Part shown: positions 1 to 12,799 of the stretch, one piece after another | Position numbering within the stretch: the first letter of the stretch is position 1 | Layout of the letters: each line of letters starts with the position of its first letter | NCBI GenBank assembly: GCA_951406725.2 | Contig: OX597820.1 | Span: forward strand, 94,674,001 to 94,738,000 | Direction: 5' to 3' | From: Octopus vulgaris | Taxonomy: Eukaryota | DNA length: 64,000 nucleotides | Program-made: the position numbers and the translations under genes | Notes under the pieces: generated by a model | Seen by the model: the letters and a program-made list of their open reading frames with translations, nothing else | Databases searched by the model: none | Told to the model about the DNA's origin: nothing

Positions 1-2647
1 TTTATTTAAAAACAACTTTACTTTATATAATTGACATGGAGGACTATATATTAAGATGAAAAGATATGTGCTTTCCAATGAAAATCGTTTAATGCATTAG
101 CACTACCAACACCAATGGAAATGCAATGACATAACTATGATAAGTCTATTTCCCCCGTCTTAAACATCGAGGAAAGGAACATGACATATAATATTGGCAT
201 TTAATATCAAATGAATATTATTCGTTTCGTTGATTACATATTTTGAATTATGTGAAAAACACGACCTCCACATTGTTCAGAACGTACCCTCAGTTATTTA
301 CTTTAGAGACCAAGGAAGGCTTGATATTGGAATATACAGTAACGATAACAGTTTACTTTATACAGAATTACAATGTAATGCTTTTATCAGATATTTCTAG
401 ATATCCATTACCATTTTGTGTGCTATTTATCATACAAAAGTTATTAATAATCCAACATTAGCGCACCCAGATATAAAGACCGTTGTTTTTCATAGCGTTC
501 ATGTTGACACTGAATGATACATTTCTTTAACTGTTTCATATTCCTCCAAACCAAACATAACTATATCTATTTCTTTTACATTACGAATCTATATACTAAA
601 ACTATGTTTCCTACTGTAATTTATAAACACTTAAATTTCAATACTATTTAAATATGTCCAACAATATGCCGAATCTACAGGTATGTGCGTGCAACTTTCT
701 AATTACTTAAAATTCATACTTTCTAACATCGTAATTTTCATTATTACCAAATCTCCTAAAAATGATATCATTGATGATTACGGTAACTTATACTTTAGTG
801 TTTGACCAATGCTACAGGTAAAGTAAATAACAGATATGTATCAATATACAGCAACATACATCAATACTTATTGTTTCACGTAATTTTATAATATTTACAA
901 CGTTTCAAAACATAAATATATTCGTATCTTTTTAATAGTTCGTAATGAAAATATAAAGTGCTTCAAATATGGGCAGTGCTCGTGCAATTTTGTAGGAGAT
1001 CAATTCAATCTTTTACATTAGGCCAAATTGTTGAGCGTGACTATATTTTTCCGCCTGGCACAGGAGCTAATGCATTGATAATCTTGCCGGCATTTCAACG
1101 CATTCTAAAAAGGGACAGATGATGCTCAACTCAGTATTTTGGCCACACGTTAAATATTCTGTCAGTTGCTTACCTCAAGAATCTATCAAAAAACGATGAA
1201 TATTTTAATTGTAAAATTCATTGAAAATTAACTTATTTATATATGAGCATCACTTACATATAAAATACATATTATTATACAAACAAATCTAATTGCAAAT
1301 TCATATTCCGTAATAAATATTTGGAATATACTATATATCTTTTTATGATTACTCTAATAATTTCTGCAATCACTTCCTATCGTTTATTTAAAAACAACTT
1401 TACTTAATATAATTGACATGGAGGACTATATATTAAGATGAAAAGATATGTGCTTTCCAATGAAAATCGTTTAATGCATTAGCACTACCAACACCAATGG
1501 AAATGCAATGACATAACTATGATAAGTCTATTTCCCCCGTCTTAAACATCGAGGAAAGGAACATGACATATAATATTGGCATTTAATATCAAATGAATAT
1601 TATTCGTTTCGTTGATTACATATTTTGAATTATGTGAAAAACACGACCTCCACATTGTTCAGAACGTACCCTCAGTTATTTACTTTAGAGACCAAGGAAG
1701 GCTTGATATTGGAATATACAGTAACGATAACAGTTTACTTTATACAGAATTACAATGTAATGCTTTTATCAGATATTTCTAGATATCCATTACCATTTTG
1801 TGTGCTATTTATCATACAAAAGTTATTAATAATCCAACATTAGAGCACCCAGATATAAAGACCGTTGTTTTTCATAGCGTTCATGTTGACACTGAATGAT
1901 ACATTTCTTTAACTGTTTCATATTCCTCCAAACCAAACATAACTATATCTATTTCTTTTACATTACGAATCTATATACTAAAACTATGTTTCCTACTGTA
2001 ATTTATAAACACTTAAATTTCAATACTATTTAAATATGTCCAACAATATGCCGAATCTACAGGTATGTGCGTGCAACTTTCTAATTACTTCAAAAATTCA
2101 TACTTTCTAACATCGTAATTTTCATTATTACCAAATCTCCTATCTTCGTAAAAATGATATCATTGATGATTACGGTAACTTATACTTTAGTGTTTGACCA
2201 ATGCTACAGGTAAAGTAAATAACAGATATGTATCAATATACAGCAACATACATCAATACTTATTGTTTCACATAATTTTATAATATTTACAACGTTTCAA
2301 AACATAAATATATTCGTATCTTTATAATAGTTCGTAATGAAAATATAAAGTGCTTCAAATATGGGCAGTGCTCGTGCAATTTTGTAGGAGATCAATTCAA
2401 TCTTTTACATTAGGCCAAATTGTTGAGCGTGACTATATTTTTCCGCCTGGCACAGGAGCTAATGCATTGATAATCTTGCCGGCATTTCAACGCATTCGAA
2501 AGGGACAGATGATGCTCAACTCAGTATTTTGGCCACACGTTAAATATTCTGTCAGTTGCTTACCTCAAGAATCTATCAAAAAACGATGAATATTTTAATT
2601 GTAAAATTCATTGAAAATTAACTTATTTATATATGAGCATCACTTAC

Positions 2648-2668
2648 CTTTAATGTTGGTGGCAGTGG
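2648..2668 (-). CDS. Micro-exon copy (21 nt): (A)TATNIK; acceptor reads GG rather than AG (inactive or base error)
   Basis: aatatttccGG|CCACTGCCACCAACATTAAAG|GTAAGT. Confidence 0.5.
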
Positions 2669-4075
2669 CCGGAAATATTTAAAATACGTATTATTATACA
2701 AACAAATCTAATTGCAAATTCATATTCCGTAATAAATATTTGGAATATACTATATATCTTTTTATGATTACTCTAATAATTTCTGCAATCACTTCCTATC
2801 GTTTATTTACAAACAATTTACTTAATATAATTGACATGGAGGACTATATATTAAGATGAAAAGATATGTGCTTTCCAATGAAAATCGTTTAATGCATTAG
2901 CACTACCAACACCAATGGAAATGCAATGACATAACTATGATAAGTCTATTTACCTCACCGTCTTAAACATCGAGGAAAGGAACACGACATATAATATTGG
3001 CATTTAATATCAAATGAATATTATTCGTTTCGTTGATTACATATTTTCGAATTATGTGAAAAACACGACCTCCACATTGTTGCAGAACGTACCCTCAGTT
3101 ATTTACTTTAGAGACCATGGAAGGATTGATATTGCAATATACAGTAACGATAACATGCAGTTTACTTTATACAGAATTACAATGTAATGCTTTTATCAGA
3201 TATTTCTAGATATCCATTACCATTTTGTGTGCTATTTATCATACAAAAGTTATTAATAATCCAACATTAGAGCACCCAGATATAAAGACCGTTGTTTTCA
3301 TAGCGTTCATGTTGACACTGAATGATACATTTCTTTAACTGTTTCATATTCCTCCAAACCAAACATAACTATATCTATTTCTTTTACATTACGAATCTAT
3401 ATACTAAAACTATGTTTCCTACTGTAATTTATAAACACTTAAATTTCAATACTATTTAAATATGTCCAACAATATGCCGAATCTACAGGTATGTGCGTGC
3501 AACTTTCACAAACTCTAATTACTTAAAATTCATACTTTCTAACATCGTAATTTTCATTATTACCAAATCTTCCTAAAAATGATATCATTGATGATTACGG
3601 TAACTTATACTTTAGTGTTTGACCAATGCAACAGGTAAAGTAAATAACAGATATGTATCAATATACAGCAACATACATCAATACTTATTGTTTCACATAA
3701 TTTTATAATATTTACAACGTTTCAAAACATAAATATATTCGTATCTTTATAATAGTTCGTAATGAAAATATAAAGTGCTTCAAATATGGGCAGAGCTCGT
3801 GCAATTTTGTAGGAGATCAATTCAATCTTTTACATTAGGCCAAATTGTTGAGCGTGACTATATTTTTCCGCCTGGCACATGAGCTAATGCATTGATAAAC
3901 TTGCCGGCATTTCAACGCATACCGAAAAGAGACAGATGATGCTCAACTCAGTATTTTGGCCACACGTTAAATATTCTGTCAGTTGCTTACCTCAGGAATC
4001 TATCAATAAAGCGATGAATATTTTAATTGTAAAATTCATTGAAAATTAACTTATTTATATAAGAGCATCACTTAC

Positions 4076-4096
4076 CTGTAGCGTTGGTGCCAGTGG
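4076..4096 (-). CDS. Micro-exon (21 nt, phase 1-1): (A)TGTNAT, with N-glycosylation sequon
   Basis: aatattttcAG|CCACTGGCACCAACGCTACAG|GTAAGT; consensus splice sites. Confidence 0.82.
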
Positions 4097-5868
4097 CTGA
4101 AAATATTTAAAATACATATTATTATACAAACAAATCTAATTGCAAATTCATATTCCGTAATAAATATTTGGAATATACTATATATCTTTTTATGATTACT
4201 CTAATAATTTCTGCAATCACTTCCTATCGTTTATTTACAAACTACTTTACATAATATAATTGACATGGACGACTATGTATTAAGATGAAAAGATATGTGC
4301 TTTCCAATGAAAATCGTTTAATGCATTAGCACTACCAACACCAATGGAAATGCAATGACATAACTATGATAAGTCTATTTACCCCGCCTTAAACATCGAG
4401 GAAAGGAACATGGCATATAATATTGGCATTTAATATCAAATAGATATTATTCGTTTCGTTGATTACATATTTTGAATTATGTGAAAAACACGACCTCCTC
4501 ATTGTTCAGAATGTTACCTCAGTTATTTAATTAAGAGACCAATGAAGGCTTGATATTGGAATATACAGTAACAATAACAGTTTACTTTATACAGAATTAC
4601 AATGTAATGCGTTTATCAGATATTTCTAGATATTCATTTCCATATTGTCCCACATTGCTATTTATCATACATGTTGTCACTGAATGTTATCAACCGTTTA
4701 ATCCTCCAAGCCGAGCATTACCACATTCGAGCACCCAGATATAAAGAATGTTGTGATTCATAGCGTTCATGTTGTCACTGAATGATACATTACTTCAACC
4801 GTTTCTTATTCCTCCACGCCAAGCATAACTATAACTATTTCTTTTACATTATGAAACTATATACTAAAACTATATTTGCTAACAGTAATTCATAAACACT
4901 TAAACTTCAATACAATTTCAAAATGTACGACGATATGCAAAAACCTGCACGTATGTGCGTGCAACTTTCTAAGTACTTAAAATTCATACTTTCTAACATT
5001 GTAATATTCATTATTATCACATCTCCTAAAAATGATATTATTGATGATTACGGTAAGAGCTCTCGATAAAATATATTTTTCACAAACTCGGTCAGATTTC
5101 ATCACTCACAAAGTTTCTGGAAATTTCTATATTTCATGTCATTCATATAACCGTATATACTGCATCATTTCCTGAATCCTTTTTACATCCTACACATTTT
5201 CAGATCCAAATCGGATTAATTGTCTAAAATCTATTATTATTGCTGTCATCATCTTCCGTTCATTATACTAACCACATTCGAAACTGTGACATCATTTCCA
5301 TGTCAGTAGTAAATATTTATTAGAGATAATATTTGTAATGCATGTCATCTTTTGTTCCATAAAGTTTTACCAAAGTTCAAGCATTGTCACACAATAACTT
5401 ATACTTCAGTGTTTGACCAATGCAACAGGTAAAGTAAATTACAGATATGTATCAATATACAGCAACATACATCAATACTTATTCTTTCACGTAATTTTAT
5501 AATATTTACAACGTTTCAAAACATAAATATTTTCGTATCTTTATAATAGTTCGTAAGGAAAATATGAAGTGCTTCAAATATGGGCAGAGCTCGTGCAATT
5601 TTGTGGAAGATCAATTCAATCTTTTACATTAGGCCAAATTGTTGAGCGTGACTATATTTTTCCGCCTGGCACAGGAGCTAATGCATTGATAAACTTGCCG
5701 GCATTTCAACGCATACCGAAAAGGGACACATGACTGTCAACTCAGCATTTTGGCCACACGTTAAATATTCTGTCAGTTGCTTACCTCAAGAATCTATCAA
5801 AAAACGATGAATATTTTAATTGTAAAATTCATTGAAAATTAACTTATTTATATATGAGCATCATTTAC

Positions 5869-5889
5869 CTTGAATGTTGTTGGCAGGGG
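5869..5889 (-). CDS. Micro-exon (21 nt, phase 1-1): (A)PANNIQ
   Basis: aatatatccAG|CCCCTGCCAACAACATTCAAG|GTAAAT. Confidence 0.78.
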
Positions 5890-8114
5890 CTGGATATATT
5901 TAAAATACATATTATTATACAAACAAATCTAATTGCAAATTCATGTTCCGTAATAAATATTTGGAATATACTATATATCTTTTTATGATTACTCTTATAA
6001 TTTCTGCAATCACTTCCTATCGTTTATTTAAAAACTACTTTACTTAATATAATTGTCATGGAGGACTATATATTAAGATGAAAAGATATGTGCTTTCCAA
6101 TGAAAATCGTTTAATGCATTAGCACTACCAACACCAATGGAAATGCAATGACATAACTATGATAAGTCTATTTACCCCGCCGTAAACATCGAGGAAAGGA
6201 ACATGGAATATAATATTGGCATTTAATATCAAATAGATATTATTCGTTTCGTTGATTACATATTTTGAATTATGTGAAAAACACGACCTCCACATTGTTC
6301 AGAAAGTTACTACTTTATACAGAACTACAATGTAATGCTTTTATCAGATATTTCTAGATATCCATTACCATTTTGTGTGCTATTTATCGTACAAAAGTTA
6401 TTAATAATCCCTCATTAGAACACCCAGATATAAAGACTGTTGTGATTCATAGCGTTCATGTTGTCACTGAATGATACATTACTTCAACCGTTTCATATTC
6501 CTCCCAGCCGAGCATTACTATAAAAATTTCTTTTACATTATGAAACTATATACTAAAACTATGTTTTCTAACTGTAATTTATAAACACTTAAATGTCAAT
6601 ACTACTTCAAAATGGGCGACGATATGCACAATCTACACGTATGTGCGTGCAAGTTTCTAATTACTTAAAATTCATACTTTCTAACATTCTAATTTTCATT
6701 AATTTCACATCACCTAAAAATTATATCATTGATGATTACGGTTAGAGCTCTCGATAGAATATATCTTTCACAAACTCGATCAGATTTCATCATTCACAAT
6801 GTTTCTGGAAATTTCTATATCTCATGTCATTCATATAACCGCAAATACTGCATCATTACCTGAATCCTTTTCACATCCTACACATTTTCAAATCCTGCTC
6901 GGTTTAATTGACTAAACTCTATTGTTATTTCTGGCATTATCTTCTGTTCATAATACTAACCACATTCGAAACTGTGACAACATATCCATGTCAGTAGTAA
7001 ATATTTATTAGAGGAAGTATTTGTAATGCATGTCATCTTTTTTTCAGTGTTGTTTTGCCAAAGTTCAAATATTGATTTACAATAACTTATACTTCAGTGT
7101 TTGATCAAAGTAACAGGTAAAGTAAATTACAGTTATTTATCAATATATAGCAACTTACTTCAATACTATTTCAAAATGTGCGACGATATGCACAATCTAC
7201 ACGTATGTGCGTACAACTTTCTAATTACTTAAAATACATACTTTCTAACATTGTAATTTTCATTAATTTCACATCACCTAAAAATGATATTATTGATGAT
7301 TACGGTAAGAGCTCTCGATAAAACATACCTTTCACAAACTCGATCAGATTTCAACACTGAGAAAGTTTCTGGAAATTTCTACATCTCATGTCATTCATAT
7401 AACCGCAAATACTGCATCATTACCTGAATACTTTTTACATCCTACACCTTTTCAGTTCCAGCTCGGCTTAATTGACTAAACTCTATTATTATTTCTGGTT
7501 TTCTCTTCTGTTCATTATACTAACCACATTCGAAACTGTGACATTATATTCATGTCAGAAGCAAATATTTATTAGAGGTAATATTTGTAATGCATGTCAT
7601 CTTTTGTTCCATAAAGTTTTACCAAAGTTCAAATATTGATTTACAATGCCTCATTCTTCAGTGTTTCACCAAAGCAACAGGTAAAGTAAATTATAGATAT
7701 GTATCAATATATAGCAACATACATCAATACTTATTGTTTCACGTAATTTTATTATATTTACAACGTTTCAAAACATAAATATTTTCGTATCTTTATAATA
7801 GTTCGTAACGAAAATATGAAGTGCTTCAAATATGGGCAGAGCTCGTGCAGAGATCAATTCAATCTTTTACATTAGCCCAAATTGTTGAGCGTGGCTATAT
7901 TTTTCCGCCTGGCACAGGAGCTAATACATTGATAACCTTGCCGGCATTTTAACGCATACCGAAAAGGGACAGATGATGCTGAACTCAGTATTTTGGCCAC
8001 ACGTTAAATATTCTGTCAGTTGCTTACCTCAAGAATCTATCTATAAAGCGATGAATATTTTAATTTAAAAATTCTTTGAAAATTAACTTTAATTTATATA
8101 TGACCAACATTTAC

Positions 8115-8144
8115 CTTTTGCACTTCCAGGAAGTGGGCCAGTGT
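8115..8144 (-). CDS. Micro-exon (30 nt, phase 1-1): (D)TGPLPGSAK
   Basis: aatatttccAG|ACACTGGCCCACTTCCTGGAAGTGCAAAAG|GTAAAT; GC-rich island in AT-rich repeat. Confidence 0.8.
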
Positions 8145-9331
8145 CTGGAAATATTTAAAATATTTATTATTTTGTAAACATATCTGATTGCAAATTGATA
8201 TTCCGTAATAAAAATTTGGAATATACTATATATCTTTTTATGATTGCTCTAATAAGTTCTTCAATCGATTGCTATCCCTTATTTCCGTACTACTTTATAT
8301 ATTATAATTGACATGGACGATATATATTAAGATGAAAAGATATGTGGTTTCCAATGAAAATCGTTTAATGCAATAGCAATATCAACACCAAACTGGATGA
8401 GATTTCTTCACTTAAATCCATACTTTGTAACTTTGTAATTTTTATTATTATCTCCTCTCTTGAAAATAAATTCATTGATGATTACAATAAGAGTTCTTGA
8501 TGAAATATATCTTTCACATACTGGATGAGATTACTTCACTTACAATCTTTCTGGAAAACTCTATATTTCATGCCATTCGCATGACCGTAAATACTTTATC
8601 ATCAGCATTTCAATCAATCATTCACCTGAATATTATTACTCTTTACACAATTTCAGTTCTCGCTCTGCTTAATTATCTTAAATCTATTATTATTATTATT
8701 GGCTTTCTATTCTATTCGTTACACCGACCAATTCCGAAACTGGGAAATCATGAGGATTCTGATGTCAGTAATAAATATTCATTAGAGACAATATTTGTGA
8801 TATATGTCATCGTTTCCACATAGTTTTCCCAAAGCTCAAAAAATTGTTTTACAATAATTTATTCTTCAGTGTTTTACCAAATCAACACGTAACATTTTTT
8901 GTAGTTAATTTCATATCTGTATCAATATATAGCAACATACATCAATACTTATTGTTTGACTCCATTTTATAATATTTAAAACATTTCAAAACATAAATAT
9001 TTTCGTATTTTTATAATAGGTCTTAATGAAAATATGAATTGCTTCAAATATGTGCACAGGTCCAACAATTTTGTGGAAGATACTGTTCAGTCGTTTACAT
9101 TAGCCCATATATTTAAGTGTAACTTTATTTTACCCCCTGGGACATGAGTTATTGCAATGATAATCTCGGCGGCATACAGAAAAGTGACAGAACACGAACT
9201 GCTAAGTATTTTGTTCGACGCGTTCAATATTCCGTCAGGTAGTTACCTCAAGAATTTATCAATTAAACGATGAAGATTTTAATTATAAATTTCTTTGATT
9301 ATTAACATATTTATATAAGAACATAATTTAT

Positions 9332-9360
9332 CTTTTGCAGAGGTTTTATTAGCAGCAATG
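9332..9360 (-). pseudogene. Dead micro-exon (29 nt, donor GT>AT); restored frame (G)IAANKTSAK
   Basis: atatttctAG|CATTGCTGCTAATAAAACCTCTGCAAAAG|ATAAAT at the homologous repeat position. One base short of 30, donor mutated. Confidence 0.6.
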
Positions 9361-11166
9361 CTAGAAATATATAAAATACATATTATCATAGAAAGAAAAT
9401 ATGATAGCAAAGACATATTTGATAACGTATATTATAATATACAATATATCATTTTATGTTTACTGTAATAATATGTTCAATGACATGCTATCATTTCATT
9501 CAATACGAATTTATATAATATCATTGTCATGGAAGGCTATCTCTCAAGATGAGAAAATATGGAATTCCCAATGAAAATCGTTATAATGAACGAGTGATTT
9601 TATAAGCAATATTTCCATGGCAATCTCTTAGGTATGGTAATGTTATTTACGTTATCTTAATTGTGTAGTTTCCTATGAAAATTGTTCTTATGTGCAATTG
9701 ATTCTATAAGCACTAAGGAATGTATATGATTGTTATTTTATATAGAAGAAATTTTGTTAGTTTTTTTAATTATTTATTTCTGTTTAAATGAAAGTTAGTT
9801 TTTTAATTACATATTTCGCATTATAAGAAAACACGACATCCGGTTTTATCATGAAGCTTTCTCAGTAATTTACCATATAAAACAAGACAGATCGGTATTG
9901 GGACATACCAGTAACACTAACATCCAGTTTACTTTATACGGAATTATCATTTAATGACTTTATCAGATATATCTCGGAATTCATTGCCAGTTTGGTTACT
10001 ATTCATCATATAATAGCTATTAATAATGCAACATTAGAGCTCTGACATATAACAATACTGTGAGGCATAGCTTTAATCTTGTCACAGAATGGTATGATTT
10101 GTTCAACTGCTCCATATTCTCCAAAACCATGCATAACTATAATTATTTGCTTTTCAATTATAAACCAATATAATAAAACTAGGTTTGCTAAAAGCAATCT
10201 ATAAACACAAGTTTCAATATTATTTTAATATTTGCGACAATGTGCAAAATCTACACTTACGTGCGTGAAATTTTGTAACTACTTAAATTCATACTTTGTA
10301 ACTTTGTAATTTTTATTATTATTTACTCTCTTGAAAATAATTTCATTGATGATTACAATAAGAGTTCTTGATGAAATAAATCTTTCACAAACTGGATGAG
10401 ATTACTTCACTTACAATCTTTCTGGAAAACTCTATATTTCATGCCATTCGCATGACCGTAAATGCTTTATCATCAGCATTTCAATCAATCATTCACCTGA
10501 ATCTTACTTCTTCCACAATTTTCAGTTCTCCCTCTGCTTAATTACCGTAAATATATTATCATTATCGGGTTTCTGTTCTATTTATTATACTAACCACTTC
10601 TGAAACTAAGACAGTATATCCATGCCAGTTATAAATATTTTTTGAAGGCTATGTTTGTGATGCATGTAATCTTCTATAGCTCGAAGTTCAATCATTGATT
10701 TACAATAAATTATACATCAATATTTTCCCTAAAGTAACATATAACATTCTTTAAAATAACTTTCAGATATGTATCAATATATAGCAGCATAAATCAATAT
10801 TTATTGCCTGACAACATTTCATAATATTTACATTTTAAACCATAAATAATTTCGTATTTTATAATAGTTCGTAATGAAACTATAAATTGCTGCAAATATG
10901 GTCACAGCAATTTTGTGGGGGATCTACTCCATCGTTTACATGAACTCAGATATTTTAACGTCTACGACAGGAGGTAATGCAATGATAATCTCGGCAGCAT
11001 TTCAACGCATACCGAAGGGGGAGAGATGACGACCTGCTTAAGAATTTGATAGACCTGTTAAAGATTCTGCCAGGTTGTTAGCCCTAAGAACTATGAATAA
11101 AACGATGAATATTATAATTATAAGAATCTTTGAATATTAACATAATTATATATAAGCATTATTTAC

Positions 11167-11196
11167 CGTTTGGAAGTCCATTAGTACTGGTTACGC
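11167..11196 (-). CDS. Micro-exon (30 nt, phase 1-1): (C)VTSTNGLPN; completes the signal peptide
   Basis: tatatttctAG|GCGTAACCAGTACTAATGGACTTCCAAACG|GTAAAT. Joined to exon 1 gives TGC (Cys) and a T-N-G/L-P cleavage site. Confidence 0.8.
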
Positions 11197-12799
11197 CTAG
11201 AAATATATAAAATACATATTATTATAGAAAGTATATCGGATTGCAAAGTCATTTTTCATAATAGATATTATGAATATACAATATATCCTTTAATGCTTGC
11301 TCTAATAACATCTTCAATGGCATGCTTTCCTTTCATCTCGAGATGAGAAAATATCTGGTTTCCAATGAAAATCTTTTTAATGAATTAATGATCCTATCAG
11401 CACTATTTCAATGGCAAGGACATAGGTTTTTTAAGGTTATTTACCTTATCTTAAACATCGCAAAAAATACACACGCAATATATTATAGTTATTTAATATA
11501 GAATAAATATTATTAGATTTGTAATTACTTAATTTGGATTATATGGAAGACATGACATCAATACCTATTGGTTGGCAATATTTCATAATATTTACATTTT
11601 AAAACAAATATTTTCGTATTAGCATAATAGTTCGTAATGAAATTGAGAATTGCTTTAAATATCACAGCCCACCAGACTCAAGACACAAGAAATATTTTCT
11701 CAAATTGCTGCAGGATTTTCTTTCTTTCTTTTTTTTAAATATCATTGAGTGAATGACTGCTTCCCACACATTGTGCGACGCTAGATTCATGAGAAATATT
11801 TAAACCTTTCACCAAAATCCAATGAGTGTGAGAACACACCTTGCTGCCATGCTCCTGTACTAGAAATAGAAATGCTTGCATTCGTAAACGCCATTCTTAA
11901 TACCAAAGGATAGACAGTGTTTACAGAGTGCAGTTTTTCTTCCTTTCAGAGACATGATGTCAATGTAAATAATAGATATTATTAAAGACAACGTGTGTAA
12001 TGTACGTAATTTACTGTTCCACGTAGTTTTCCCTAATTTCAAATATTGATTTATAATAAATTGCACTTCAGTGCTCTAACCAAAACGCCAGTTAACTTTC
12101 TTTTAAAGTAATTTTCAGCTAGGTATTAATATATAGCAACATACATTGATACTAATTGTTTGGTATTGCTTAAAATAATTCCGTACAAGGCCAGGAAGAA
12201 TGAGAGGTAGCGACGTGAGACAGAGTACAGAGAAATAGAGCTCGTTTGAATGGATAATTTTAATGTTGTGAGAGAACGAACATTTTTTTCATTTTCCTGC
12301 AAGTTCTTTCTTCACAGATGCCACTGTGCGAATATCCGGTTCCAAATAGTACATTATGTCTTGTAGGAATCATTAGAATATTTTGAGATTTTATATTAGC
12401 AAGAGTATGCTATCTTAATCCTCATAATGTTTTAAGGAACACACCTTGCTACTGCGTTTCTGTACAAAGTTTTTTTCCATGGATTCATTCCCTTCCTAAC
12501 ACCATCGGGTATACTAATTCATTTTATCACAATTTTTCTTGGCACCAGTGAAATAGTTTGCCTCGTCTTAGTCATACCTCAAAAGTCCTCGCATCCCTGC
12601 ATGGTCTTTGCTCGAACTTTGAACATTTCGCAGCTGATACAGATTACACTTTTTACCTGTCACAAGCGCTTTGGAGTTTGTCTCACCTTCTGCAACACGA
12701 TTCTGGCGTGTGTACTGGGTGCTTTCTCCCGTTGTGTGTGTTTGCTGAAATTGCTGAGCGGAGTGACAATCATGTCATGAAAAACTGCAAAAACTATGG

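Larger units (their letters stand above)
1..12170. repeat. Tandem array of intron+micro-exon units (~1.2-2.3 kb; 7 units plus decayed remnants)
   Basis: Units start at about 1, 1383, 2802, 4230, 6023, 8278, 9495 and 11330. The three left units are almost identical; similarity decays rightwards. Confidence 0.95.

Noticed and set aside
243-2589. Repeated plus-strand ORFs (72 and 79 aa) in the tandem array
   Set aside because: They start at TTG/GTG and are frameshifted or truncated in other units. They recur only because the intron is duplicated; the coding signal is on the minus strand.
1-12170. Array as plain satellite DNA or a CRISPR-like repeat-spacer array
   Set aside because: The variable 21-30 nt pieces have splice sites, frame symmetry and mutual homology. 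The repeats are kb-sized, the DNA is eukaryotic and there are no cas genes.
11660-12560. Two related segments (GAACACACCTTGCT.C...CTGTAC) and ORF 11860-12066
   Set aside because: Look like decayed repeat remnants with stops in all frames; no family could be assigned.
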